The notes: a model not told the origin generated them from the letters alone. 55,891 nt of DNA from Planctomycetota bacterium (GCA_026991575.1 JALXBF010000104.1:1-55891); one strand, 5' to 3'. Positions 18,960 to 29,353 are shown, counted from the stretch's first letter. Program-made: numbers and translations.

Positions 18960-20381
18960 GTGCGAACCGTCCTCGTATACATCCTCTGCTTGACGTTCAC
19001 CGCTTGTTTGTCCGCCCTCGGAAGTGAAGCAGATCGGCCCAACGTGTTGTTCTTTTTCACCGACGATCAGCGTCGGGACACGATCCACGCGCTTGGCAAC
19101 ACCTACATTGCAACGCCGAATATTGACCGCCTGGTGCAGGGGGGCGTGACGTTCACGAACTGCTACGTCCAGGGTTCGATGATCGGGGCCGTGTGCAAGC
19201 CGAGCCGGGAGATGCTCATGACCGGCCGGACGCTGTTCCACATCGACACGCGCGTACCGCTGTTGCCCGAAGTGTTCCGCCGGGCAGGCTATCAGACCTT
19301 TGCGACCGGCAAGATGCACGGTGCCCGGCCGTACTTCAATCGCATGTTCGAATCGGGCGACGAACTGTTCTTCGGCGGAATGGGTAGTCACACGAAGTTG
19401 ATGGTGTGGGACTACGATCCGAGTGGCCGGTACCCTCGCGAGCGTCGGCATCGGATCGCTGGCTTCAGCAGCGAGGTTTTTACAGACGCTGCGATCCGAT
19501 TCCTCCGCCGGCGCGACCGTTCCCGCCCTTTCTTCCTGTACCTCTCGTTTACCGCCCCTCACGACCCGCGCACGCCGCCGGAACCGTTTGCCTCCATGTA
19601 TCGGCCGTCAGGAATGCCTTTGCCTGCCAACTTCATGAGCCTGCATCCTTTTCATAACGGATGGATGACCGGACGAGACGAACGGCTGGCACCCTGGCCG
19701 CGCACGCCTGAAGTAATCCGCCAGCACCTCGCCGACTACTACGGCATGATCACCCACCTGGACGCTCAGATCGGGCGCGTGCTGGCCGAACTTGAGCGAA
19801 CCGGAGATCTGCAACGGACTGTCATCGTGTTCGCTTCCGACAACGGCCTCGCCATCGGGAGCCACGGTCTGATGGGCAAACAGAACCTGTACGAACACAG
19901 CTCGGGAGTCCCTCTGGTGTTCGCCGGACCGGGTATCCCGCACGGGGAAAGACGCGATGCGCTGGTGTACCTGCTGGATATCTTCCCGACGTTGTGCGAG
20001 CTTGCGGGCATCGACGTGCCGGACACCGTGGAAGGCAAGAGCCTGGTTCCTGTGATCCGGGGAGAATGCGAGCGCGTTCGCGAGACACTGTACACGGCGT
20101 ACCAGGTCCAGCGGGCGGTGCGCGACCAACGCTGGAAGCTCATCCGCTACACGCACATCAACAAGACGCAGCTCTTTGACCTCAGCGTGGACCCGTACGA
20201 GCTGCGCGACCTGTCGAACGATCCGTCGTACCGGACTCACGTTGACCGGTTACTTTCCGAGCTGCGCCGCTGGCAGGAACGACTCGATGACCCGCAGCCG
20301 CTGACAACCGATCGACCCGCCGATCCGACGTTCACCCCGCCGACTGCCAACGGGCGCGGCTCTGCTTCTGGGCGGATGTAG
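18960..20381 (+). CDS. Sulfatase (Cys-type, formylglycine-dependent)
   Basis: RPNVLFFFTDDQ, CKPSREMLMTG (CxPxR), GKMH, APHDP, SDNG and GKQNLYE motifs. Signal peptide, GAGGAG RBS before GTG 18960. Confidence 0.95.
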   Translation: MRTVLVYILCLTFTACLSALGSEADRPNVLFFFTDDQRRDTIHALGNTYIATPNIDRLVQGGVTFTNCYVQGSMIGAVCKPSREMLMTGRTLFHIDTRVPLLPEVFRRAGYQTFATGKMHGARPYFNRMFESGDELFFGGMGSHTKLMVWDYDPSGRYPRERRHRIAGFSSEVFTDAAIRFLRRRDRSRPFFLYLSFTAPHDPRTPPEPFASMYRPSGMPLPANFMSLHPFHNGWMTGRDERLAPWPRTPEVIRQHLADYYGMITHLDAQIGRVLAELERTGDLQRTVIVFASDNGLAIGSHGLMGKQNLYEHSSGVPLVFAGPGIPHGERRDALVYLLDIFPTLCELAGIDVPDTVEGKSLVPVIRGECERVRETLYTAYQVQRAVRDQRWKLIRYTHINKTQLFDLSVDPYELRDLSNDPSYRTHVDRLLSELRRWQERLDDPQPLTTDRPADPTFTPPTANGRGSASGRM

Positions 20382-20916
20382 CGCGGCCGACCGTCTCGAT
20401 CAGCTCTTACGCCAGCTCCGCCAGAACCCGGCGGGGAACCGACGGAGACCACGGCGCGTGCGCCGCGGCTGACGCGAGAGCCGTAACGTGCGCCGGCGAC
20501 AACGCAAAGGCGACCTACTTCGAGCGGGCCGGGGGGGCTTTGTATTGTCCCGTCGGGAGGTTAATTGAATAGCACCGGCGGCATCTCCTTCCGAGGCGGC
20601 AGGGCAACAAGGAAGCTCGAAAGGGGCCCGCGGACGCTACGGCATCAGCCTCCGGCCGGGTGGGCGTAAAGCGCCCCGCGGCCCGGTTGACGTAGGCTTT
20701 CCGTTCAGTGTGTCTCCGGTGCGCCTGTCACCAAGACCGCGCCGGGCATCAGGCCAACCGATGGCACGAACGCGACGCCGAAGCACCGTGCCGGCCAACC
20801 CTGTGTGCTGCAAATGCCGGAATGCCCCCCGCCGAGGCGCTCACTTGGCATGAGAGCAGAATTGTCGCTTGCAGCCGCTGTTTAGCCAGTGGATGGCTGC
20901 CCGGGCACCGGTTCGC

Positions 20917-23900
20917 TCACCGGTCCCAGTGGCGTACCCTGCGCAGCCATTCGACGACCTGCTCGCGATGTGCTTCGACATACGCGAAGAAGGCCAGGAG
21001 AACGATGCCGAGCAATAGACCACTCAGGTACCACAGCCAGGTCCACGCCAGGACCATCGTCGCATGCCAGACCATCGCAAGCAGTGCCAGCAGCACGCCG
21101 CCGACACCAGAAACCACGTAACTCAACACGCTGGCGGCCAGCCCGAAACCAACCAGCCCAAGCGAGACGACCAGCAACAGTAGTGGCGACCAAAACGCCT
21201 CACCCAAACTGCGCACGAACACATCAACACAGCTCGCCGCATACGACACCATCAATGCCGCGTAGCGCAGCGCCGTTCGCTGCGCCGGGGAAAGCTGCCG
21301 CCTGTAGTGCTGCACGGCAATCAGGACCGCGATCGCTGCAGGCCAGACGATCACCTGCGGGTGGCGGTACCAGGTCCCGGGGAAATGTCGCTCGACAAAC
21401 ACGACGTACGTCATCACGGCAAACACGTACGCGGCAGCGGACAACAACCGGTTGCGTCTCAACGTTCCGCTGACGCCGTACAGGACCGCGGCCAGCGCTG
21501 TGGTGGCGTGGGGCGGTACCCTGGTGTCCACCACAAGGTGGCTCAGCATCGCCAGCACGGGCAACAGGGCAGCGTTGATTTCCAAAGCTCCTGGCACGGT
21601 CGGGATCCGGCGTCGCGAAAGGTACTCACCCAGCCCCCCGCCCACGATCGCTAGCCCGAGGAAGACCAATGGCAGATACGGGCGAATCCGTCCCGTGAAC
21701 AACTCGGGCCACACCAGGTATGCGTGGTACAGCATGCCACACAGCACCGCTTCAGCCGCATACACGTAGATCGTGCGTTGACGCTCGCTCAGTCCGAACG
21801 GGTCGGCGCCCTTGAGCACGGCAAGTGCCAGCAGGCCGACAGCTCCGGCCGCTAAACCGATCAGCGGACCCCACTGATACACGGGGCCGGAGGCAACGGG
21901 CGCTGCGCCGAATCCCGTCACGCCCCAGAGTGTGCTGACGGCAACCACGCCGAGCGCCGCGTCCACAAGGGCGGCAATCCGCGAAGGCACCAGCCACTCG
22001 CCGAGCCGCAGGCCAAAGCGATGCAAGCCCAGGGCAAGCACGGAGGCCACAATCCAGATCGCCGTGACCGCGGCTGCCAGATGCTCAGCCGTGTTGCCGA
22101 TCCAGCGACCGGTGACGGCCAACTGAGCTGCGGCCATCACTCCAACACTGGCTAGCACAATTGCCGCGACCTGCAACGGGCGCCGAAGCCGGTCCACGGC
22201 CATGAATCCCACGCCAAACGCTTGCGCGACAGCCGCCTGAGCGACGGCCACCGCCGTGGACCATCCAAGTGGCGAACTGCGGACCTGCGGCGACGCCAGG
22301 TACCACGCTGCCAGGTACGCCACGACAAGGCCGAGCAACGACTGTCCAACCACCAACACCACCTCGACCCAGCCGAACGCCTCTGCCGCCGACAGGCTCA
22401 CCGTTCTCAGGAGCAGAAGCTTTCGGCTCGTTAGCAGCTGCCGGTACAGAATCCCGATCGAGAGCAGGTATGCCGCGAGCGTCGTCGCCAGCAGGCCAAC
22501 ATAGGCCGTGGTCCCAGCCCGTACCACATATGTGGTGATCAGCACGACCGAGCCTGAGGCGTGGACGTACAGCCATCCGGCTGCACCGAGCCAGACACGG
22601 GCGGCATCCAGCAGCAATAACCCCGTTGCAACCAGCGCGACCACGCCGGCCACGCCCGTCCAGAACTCCACGGTCCCGGCCCCGAAACTCAGCCATGCTA
22701 GGGGGGCCATCAGGGCACCCGCGCACCCCGACCATTCCACCCACGCCACGATGAACAGCAGTCGAAGGCCAGTGCGTGGCCCCATGGTGCCGGCCAGCAC
22801 GAGTGCCCACAGTGCCGTTAGCGCCGTGGCCCAGACGTGGCCGATCGCCGCGGCCGATGGCGTCGTCGCACCAAGCACAAGAGCCATGCGGGCCCCGAAT
22901 GCCCCGAGCGCTGCAGCCACAGCAGCTGCCCAACGGAGACGGCTCCGATCGCTGAGTGCGAACACGTACCAAAACACGGTTGCCAGGAGGGCCGGGACCC
23001 AGTATGCAGCCGCTGACACGTGCAGCTTGCCCAGATCGAAACCTGGGCTTAGTGTCCGGGCCACACGCGGAGGCAGGCTGTCAGGAAACAGGTTGCTGAG
23101 CACAACGTGCAACCAGCGTATGCCTGCCGCGATCGGGGCCGTGAATGCTCCCCACGCGATGACGGCCAGCAGCACGCCAGCGTAGGCCTCTTTGTCCCAG
23201 ATCCGAACGCCCCTGCGGGCAATATCGTCGGCCGGCCGGGACGCATAGGTAACCAGCAATGCGTGCATCCCCAGGATCGTGATCGTCGCAGCCCGCAGCG
23301 TGGCCGCGTCCAGCTTCGGGACCCATGTCTGGATGACCGTCAGCAAGAGCAGGGTGGAGACTGGAACCACCGTCAGGTGGTAGTCCGGCCAATGCCTGAA
23401 GGCCAGACGGCGTCCCGTCAGGGACCAGGCCAAGAGGGCAATTCCGTATGCTGCGGCCAGGACAGTCAGCCCGATCGGTTCGACGGGTGCCAGGTCGCTG
23501 GCAGCCACGGCAACCAGCGCCGGGGCGAAAAGAAGCAGCAGTCCGTAAGCGGCGCAGCCGTGCAGAATCAGGCGGAACAGTGCGGGGGGAGCGGGGACCG
23601 ACGCGGCCGCCAGCCTGAGCCTTATTGCCGCGACCAATGCCACCAGGCTGGCGAACAGCAGACTCCAGCACGCGGGATAGCCCCCCCACTGCAGAAGTGT
23701 TAGCGGCGATGCCACGATCATCTTCCGCAACGGTGCGACAGACCACAGCACGGGCCCGGCGGCAAGCGCTGCGGAAATCGCGACCGGCACCTGCAGACCA
23801 CGCCGGTACAGGGTGGACGGCGACTCAACTGCCACGAGCACCAGCGCGATGAGGACCAGCGTCGCGGGCCGCTCGATGAGGAGCAATGTCCGAGGAAGTG

Positions 23901-26169
23901 GCTGCAGCGTGCCAGGGGCAGCTTCAAGCAGTCTCGCAGCACCAGGCAAAGCTGTGTCGGCGAGGGTCAGGATGGCGATCAACACGGCCAGCAGCAGCGG
24001 CAACAGCCGTTTTTCCGATGCTGGCCCCTTGTCTTGAGCGAGCGGATTCGGCCATCCGCCGGTTCCCATTGCGCTTGTGAGCCGGTGCCACAAGTACGTT
24101 GCCCACTGATGGACCAACAGTGTCGGTGTTTCGGGTCGTGGCAACCGCCGTGCCAGTCCCCGCATGAGCGGATCGGCCACGGCGCTGACAAGCCACGCCG
24201 CCAACAGCAGCCAGCGGACCGGGGTTGAGGATGGCAGCCAGGTGCCCCCCCACTGTTTAACCAACGCCCACACGGCAAAGGAAACCATTGGAACGGCCGG
24301 GGAGGAAAGAGCGCGGCCGAGGATGAAACGTCCCTGGACGTAGCTGAGCGCCAGCGCAGCGGTCAGCACGGCGGCCACGGCCCCGATCGGTTCGATGTAT
24401 GGTGGCAGGAATGTGATCAACCGAACGGATATGCCGTAGTCACGGAGACTGGCGGTTCCGGCGTGGAGGATGGCGCCGGTTGCCAGGAGGAGCGAGCAGC
24501 CCATGACGACAAGCTCGTTGCCGTGCACCACACGCGGGTGCACAAGCACGGCCAGCGGCTCGGGCAGCCGGCGCGCAAGCCAGCGGAGCAACATGGCAAC
24601 CGGCTCGACTGCGGCGGCCACCCCCACGGCCACCAGCAGCGGCCGCCAGAGGTCGTTGCATTGTGCGAGCAGTTTTCCGACAAGAGGGGTGTCGCTGAGC
24701 AAGTCCGCTGACACGACATAGCGGCCCAGGGCCACGTAGGCAGTGGCCAGCAGAAGCTGCCCCAGCTGTGCCAGTCCGAAGTGTTGCACCAGGGCGGCGT
24801 ACAGCAGGCCGACGGCTGCCAGTGCGCCCGCAACACCTGCGGCTACCGGAGGCCTGGCCCAGGAAGCCGCCACAGCGGCTGCGACAAGCAACCAGCATGA
24901 CAGGAGTGCGGCCAGGCGCAAGGTACGCCAGGGTTGTCTCAACTGAGCAGGCGGCAATTCCTGCTCGATGACGGCTGCTACACCGAGTGCCAGGAGTGCG
25001 TAGGCCAGGGGCCGACTGCCCAACAACGGGTCTGATACGCTGAGATCTGCAATCACAAGAAGCAAGAACGTTGACCCCAGGTGCAGAGCGGGCGTGATTG
25101 CCCGAGCGAACGATTCGCCGGGCAAACGGCGGTACCGGGGGAGGGCGACACATAGCCAGAGAATGTTGGCCCCAAGGATAGCGGTGGCCACAACCAGTTC
25201 AAGGTTCAGTCGCGGCAGCCGCCGGGTGAGTAGGACGGCCAGCAGCATTGCCACTGCCGGTGCCAAAAGGCCGAAGACGTGCAACAGCGGGTTATCGCGT
25301 GCGATGATCGGCGCGGTCAAGCGGAGCAGCACGAAGAACACGGCGGTGGTGGCTGCGAGCGAAATCAACAGCGTTTGGGCGGCAGGCCAGTCGGAAGTTG
25401 CAAGGCCGCGCATGGCGACGGCCAGTGTCAGAGGCACGAGCAAGTGTCCGACCGTGGCTAGAGCACCGGTCGTGACCGGCGTTTGCCAGCGTCGCGCCGT
25501 GTACGCCGCGCTGGCCAACATCGCGACGGCCGGCAGGCTGAACAGCAGCGTCCGTATCAGCTGCTGCTCAGCGAACTCGTGCCACAGGCTGACGGCCAGG
25601 GCGAGGGAACTGGTCAGGATGAGCAGGCCCGCGATCAGTTCGCCGACGTGAACGTTTGCTTCGCGGAGCCGGTTGGCTAGAGCCTGCCACGTGCCCGTTT
25701 CTTGCGCTCTGGGCGCTGCTGCTGCCGGTGTAGGTCTGGCTGCCGGAAGGCCGGTACCGACGGTGGCTCGCTGAGGTTGAGGCTCGGCAGTTGGTCGGCT
25801 GGCTGATACACGAGGGCTTGGCCTGGCGGGTGTTGGCGCTTTTTGTCGGTCGGTCGTAGCCGGGGTGGTGTCGCCGAACTTCTGTAAGTCTCGCGCGAGC
25901 GTCTCTGCGAGACCGGCTGACGCGGCGAACCGTGCCCATCGAAGGACGACGATCCGCGTAGGCCCGCCGACGGGGTAACCGCACTGCGCGCAGAAGCGGT
26001 CGCGACGCCGCAAGGGAAACGCGCAGTTTTCACAGCGAGGTGTGCCGCGGATCAGCCGCCACAACGCTCTAACCATCCGGTAAGCGATCCAGATGACCAG
26101 AAGCGGCAGTGCCACGTACAAGGAGAATGCCAACACCAGGATTTCGAGGTCCGCCATCGGTGGCACCAT
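20917..26169 (-). CDS. Giant (1750 aa) polytopic membrane protein with N-terminal zinc ribbon
   Basis: Uninterrupted 5.2-kb ORF. CENC...CAQC, then dozens of hydrophobic segments to the C-terminal WLWYLSGLLLG...RVRHWDR. Confidence 0.88.
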   Translation of the reverse strand: MVPPMADLEILVLAFSLYVALPLLVIWIAYRMVRALWRLIRGTPRCENCAFPLRRRDRFCAQCGYPVGGPTRIVVLRWARFAASAGLAETLARDLQKFGDTTPATTDRQKAPTPARPSPRVSASRPTAEPQPQRATVGTGLPAARPTPAAAAPRAQETGTWQALANRLREANVHVGELIAGLLILTSSLALAVSLWHEFAEQQLIRTLLFSLPAVAMLASAAYTARRWQTPVTTGALATVGHLLVPLTLAVAMRGLATSDWPAAQTLLISLAATTAVFFVLLRLTAPIIARDNPLLHVFGLLAPAVAMLLAVLLTRRLPRLNLELVVATAILGANILWLCVALPRYRRLPGESFARAITPALHLGSTFLLLVIADLSVSDPLLGSRPLAYALLALGVAAVIEQELPPAQLRQPWRTLRLAALLSCWLLVAAAVAASWARPPVAAGVAGALAAVGLLYAALVQHFGLAQLGQLLLATAYVALGRYVVSADLLSDTPLVGKLLAQCNDLWRPLLVAVGVAAAVEPVAMLLRWLARRLPEPLAVLVHPRVVHGNELVVMGCSLLLATGAILHAGTASLRDYGISVRLITFLPPYIEPIGAVAAVLTAALALSYVQGRFILGRALSSPAVPMVSFAVWALVKQWGGTWLPSSTPVRWLLLAAWLVSAVADPLMRGLARRLPRPETPTLLVHQWATYLWHRLTSAMGTGGWPNPLAQDKGPASEKRLLPLLLAVLIAILTLADTALPGAARLLEAAPGTLQPLPRTLLLIERPATLVLIALVLVAVESPSTLYRRGLQVPVAISAALAAGPVLWSVAPLRKMIVASPLTLLQWGGYPACWSLLFASLVALVAAIRLRLAAASVPAPPALFRLILHGCAAYGLLLLFAPALVAVAASDLAPVEPIGLTVLAAAYGIALLAWSLTGRRLAFRHWPDYHLTVVPVSTLLLLTVIQTWVPKLDAATLRAATITILGMHALLVTYASRPADDIARRGVRIWDKEAYAGVLLAVIAWGAFTAPIAAGIRWLHVVLSNLFPDSLPPRVARTLSPGFDLGKLHVSAAAYWVPALLATVFWYVFALSDRSRLRWAAAVAAALGAFGARMALVLGATTPSAAAIGHVWATALTALWALVLAGTMGPRTGLRLLFIVAWVEWSGCAGALMAPLAWLSFGAGTVEFWTGVAGVVALVATGLLLLDAARVWLGAAGWLYVHASGSVVLITTYVVRAGTTAYVGLLATTLAAYLLSIGILYRQLLTSRKLLLLRTVSLSAAEAFGWVEVVLVVGQSLLGLVVAYLAAWYLASPQVRSSPLGWSTAVAVAQAAVAQAFGVGFMAVDRLRRPLQVAAIVLASVGVMAAAQLAVTGRWIGNTAEHLAAAVTAIWIVASVLALGLHRFGLRLGEWLVPSRIAALVDAALGVVAVSTLWGVTGFGAAPVASGPVYQWGPLIGLAAGAVGLLALAVLKGADPFGLSERQRTIYVYAAEAVLCGMLYHAYLVWPELFTGRIRPYLPLVFLGLAIVGGGLGEYLSRRRIPTVPGALEINAALLPVLAMLSHLVVDTRVPPHATTALAAVLYGVSGTLRRNRLLSAAAYVFAVMTYVVFVERHFPGTWYRHPQVIVWPAAIAVLIAVQHYRRQLSPAQRTALRYAALMVSYAASCVDVFVRSLGEAFWSPLLLLVVSLGLVGFGLAASVLSYVVSGVGGVLLALLAMVWHATMVLAWTWLWYLSGLLLGIVLLAFFAYVEAHREQVVEWLRRVRHWDR

Positions 26170-26627
26170 GCTGGGGCTTTTCAGAGGTGGCGGACAGGAT
26201 CGTGTGGCTATCCCCTGCGGGGGGGACGGTCCGTAAGGTCCGGGCCGGCGACCGGAATCGACCCGGTGGGATTATAGCAGACCCGCGCGCCGGCTGCGCC
26301 CCAAGCATTCGGAGCCGCGTCAGCTGTCGTGCCAGAGGAGCCGTCCAACTCGGCATGGCCGATCGTTTTCACCCCGGGATCAGTTCTCTCTCGTTGGTCC
26401 TTCTCACCAACCAAGGGCCGTTACCTTGCAAGCATCGACCTGAAACAGGCCCACGCCCGCCTCGGGCGGCCTCAGTGCCAAACGAACAAAGTGAAGTACG
26501 GCCTATGAAAAGCGTGCAAATGGCCCGAAAAGGCTGGCTGGCACGGCGCCGAGAGGATTGCGCCAGCTGCGGCACACGCGTCGTTTTGTGCAGACAGTCT
26601 CGATACCGGCTCGCTTCCGTGAACGGG

Positions 26628-26656
26628 TTGACAAGAGAGAGAGAGAGGGAGAGAAT
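26628..26656 (+). promoter_or_regulatory. Candidate sigma70 promoter with (AG)7 repeat in the spacer
   Basis: TTGACA (26628-33), 17-nt spacer AGAGAGAGAGAGAGGGA, GAGAAT (26651-56). Confidence 0.6.
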
Positions 26657-26836
26657 ATAGCACCCGTCCGGGAACCCCGGGTTAGCACAAGCAGCTTGCG
26701 GCGCAACACACATCAGCGAGCGGACAACGAGAGGCGGCGCCGAGGCGGACCGTCGGGGTTTCGGGCAATCGCTGTCTGCGACCGGGCGTATCGGGGAATT
26801 GCGGCCGTTGGACGTAGGGTGCCCGGGGGGACGCGA

Positions 26837-27736
26837 ATGAGCCGGGCGCGTTGCGAGTCGAGGGTCCGCAAGCAGAGTGGCGCGCGGGGCAAATCTCTGG
26901 TGGCAGTAGCCGTCCGCGTCGCGGGTGTCGTGTTGCTCGTCGGAGGCGTCAGCAAGCTTTACCAAGCTACCGTCGAGCCTGTTTTCACACTTGCCGGAAT
27001 CGACTTGCCCCGCGCCGCCGGCGCGGCGGTAGGGATCGGCGAACTGGCAATGGCGACGGTTGCACTCAGCAGCCGTCGGCCCGCATCACTGGCACTGCCA
27101 CTGGCCCTGCTGTTTGCTGCCTTCTTCCTGACGCTGGTCAGTTTGTCCCCCGGTGAAGATTGCGGTTGCCTGGGGCCAATTCCCGTCAGCGCCACCACGC
27201 TGAAGTTCCTCGATCTTTCATTAGCGGCCGCCTTGCTGCTCGCGCACGTACACGTGTCGTCTGCTTCCAGGAGTTGGCGTCCTACTGCTGCTGTCCTGGT
27301 GTGGACCGTCCTGGCCGCGGGTGCGGCTGCTGCGTGGGTTGCGCCAGCCGAACCCCAAGCGATGCGGCTGGCTATACCCGATGACTTCCTCGGCCGCCCG
27401 ATCGGTGAGCTTGTCGGCAGGCAGGTGGGGATTCGTGACGTGGCGGTCGGCTACGTTGTCAACTCCGACTGTCTGCGCTGCGTGCAGCATGCATGGAACT
27501 ACCATCAGGAGGCACGCAAGCGTTACAGCCAGGCGGTGGCCCTCACGATACTCGACGTCGGCCACCGCCCTGAGCGTGTGCTGGCCGTATTCGGAGACAG
27601 CGTACGTCTCATGCACGCCAGGCCTGGTGTGGAGCTCGACGCATTGCCGTGGCTGATCTCCGTAGAAAGGGGAACGCTGGTGGATGTTCAGTCGGTGTCT
27701 CCGCATGAGGGGGCAAAGCGGGAGAGATGGCCGTGA
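26837..27736 (+). CDS. MauE/DoxX-family membrane protein fused to a thioredoxin-like domain
   Basis: TM helices with GVSKL, GELA and DCGCLG (MauE CGCxG). C-terminal SDCLRC (CxxC) and LPWLISVERG. Confidence 0.85.
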   Translation: MSRARCESRVRKQSGARGKSLVAVAVRVAGVVLLVGGVSKLYQATVEPVFTLAGIDLPRAAGAAVGIGELAMATVALSSRRPASLALPLALLFAAFFLTLVSLSPGEDCGCLGPIPVSATTLKFLDLSLAAALLLAHVHVSSASRSWRPTAAVLVWTVLAAGAAAAWVAPAEPQAMRLAIPDDFLGRPIGELVGRQVGIRDVAVGYVVNSDCLRCVQHAWNYHQEARKRYSQAVALTILDVGHRPERVLAVFGDSVRLMHARPGVELDALPWLISVERGTLVDVQSVSPHEGAKRERWP

Positions 27737-28854
27737 CTTCGCATTTAAGGCGGCAACCCGTGGCCCGGGCTCCTTTCCGTCTCCCACTAGCACTGGGGCT
27801 TGTGGTGCTCTTCCTGATCGGCTGCACAAACCGTCCGGCGACCGAGAAGCACCACGTAGACCTCGGAACGTTCATCTACCCAGTGCGGATGGCGTGTGAA
27901 GATGCCGAACCGTTGATTATCAAGCACACCTTCACCGTCCAGAATACGACGGATCACGTGGTACGCATCGAGCGTGTACGCAAATCCTGTGCTTGCCTGA
28001 GTGCCGATGTTAGTAGCCGCGTGCTCCAGCCCGGAGAGGTGGCGCAGCTCGAGTTGACCTACACACCCGGAATAGGCGGTCGCGGACCGGATTCCCTGTA
28101 TGCGGATCTGTTCTTTTCCGACGGTAGGGTAGCCCGCTATGTCGTCACACTAGCAGTGTTCCCGCGAGTGCACGTTGAACCGAGTTATCTATCGGGCGGA
28201 CGCCTGCGCCCGGGAACAAAGCGCGAATTTGAGGTGACGGTGGATGTCTACGGGGCGAGCGAAGACGAGCTGCTGGAGCTGAGCAGGGCAGAGGCAAAGC
28301 TCTGGGACGTGACCGTTACTCCGGGGGACCTGTCGATGGGCAGGATTCCAGGGGTGGTGGGTAAGCGGTACCGCATCGCGTTGTCAGGACCACGCACCTG
28401 GGAGGTCGGCCCGCAGCAGGATCAGTTGCGAATCGCGTTCCCGGGATCGGAGCACGAACACGTCGTCGACGTGCCCATTAGTTGGTATGTCGAGCCCGCG
28501 GTGCACGTGACCCCGCAGAAGCTGGTGCTGTCCCCGGCATCCCCGCAAGGGACCGTGACGATCGAGCCGGCGAAGGGCCAGACACTGGGTGAAGTACGCG
28601 TGGTGTCGGCCGAAGGTCTAGCCGACGCTGGCTTTCGGATTACACTGCAGCGCGACGACAACGCAGACGATCCGGCGTACCGATTGCTGGTAGATGCCCG
28701 TTCGGTTCAGGCGCCTACCGTGGGCTCCTACCGCATCGAGCTTGCCACCGGAGTTCCCGATCAGCCAACAGTGTTGGTTGAAGTGTTCTTCGTGCCGTAC
28801 CGCCGTCAGGCTGAGCTAGAGGTTCGGGCCAAGACGGAGGCTAGCCATGATTAG
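27727..28854 (+). CDS. DUF1573-domain lipoprotein (tandem Ig-like domains)
   Basis: Lipobox LFLIG-C. HTFTVQNTTDHVVRIERVRKSCACL...LQPGE. Overlaps both neighbours. Confidence 0.88.
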   Translation: MAVTSHLRRQPVARAPFRLPLALGLVVLFLIGCTNRPATEKHHVDLGTFIYPVRMACEDAEPLIIKHTFTVQNTTDHVVRIERVRKSCACLSADVSSRVLQPGEVAQLELTYTPGIGGRGPDSLYADLFFSDGRVARYVVTLAVFPRVHVEPSYLSGGRLRPGTKREFEVTVDVYGASEDELLELSRAEAKLWDVTVTPGDLSMGRIPGVVGKRYRIALSGPRTWEVGPQQDQLRIAFPGSEHEHVVDVPISWYVEPAVHVTPQKLVLSPASPQGTVTIEPAKGQTLGEVRVVSAEGLADAGFRITLQRDDNADDPAYRLLVDARSVQAPTVGSYRIELATGVPDQPTVLVEVFFVPYRRQAELEVRAKTEASHD

Positions 28855-29299
28855 GTCCACCTTCATCGCCACTCTAGGGACTGCTGTCGTCGTTGGTACG
28901 CTCGCCGTTTCGGGAGCAGTGGCTCAATTGCCCGAAGATTGCTACCCCTGGCCGCCAGTGTTCGGTGACTGCGTGACCACACGTCCGGGAAAAGTGTACT
29001 GCCACTACCATTTCACGGTAGTGGACCGCATGAAATGTGACACATCGGGCGACCCGACGTGCACGCCGTATCGAGCATGCCTTCCCTGCGAAAATGGTCT
29101 CTATTGCAAGTCCATCGACCCGCAGAAAGCGATCAGCGCATACCGCTGTGAGGACTCAGACGATCCGAGCGATGCATGCTTTTACTGCGGTGCCTTGCTC
29201 GCCTGCGACGCTGGATACAAGTACGAGGATCCTCTGTGTGTTTTGGCGCCCGTCGCAACATATGAGGAGTTCGCGACCGATGGCTGCCGGGCACAATGA
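28847..29299 (+). CDS. Secreted cysteine-rich protein (14 Cys in ~124-aa mature part)
   Basis: GGAGG RBS, signal peptide ending AVA-Q, 14 Cys counted. Confidence 0.85.
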   Translation: MIRSTFIATLGTAVVVGTLAVSGAVAQLPEDCYPWPPVFGDCVTTRPGKVYCHYHFTVVDRMKCDTSGDPTCTPYRACLPCENGLYCKSIDPQKAISAYRCEDSDDPSDACFYCGALLACDAGYKYEDPLCVLAPVATYEEFATDGCRAQ

Positions 29300-29353
29300 G
29301 CGTCTAACGCAAACGGTGATTCTGCCGATGCTTTTTGCGAGGAGATATTTGTC

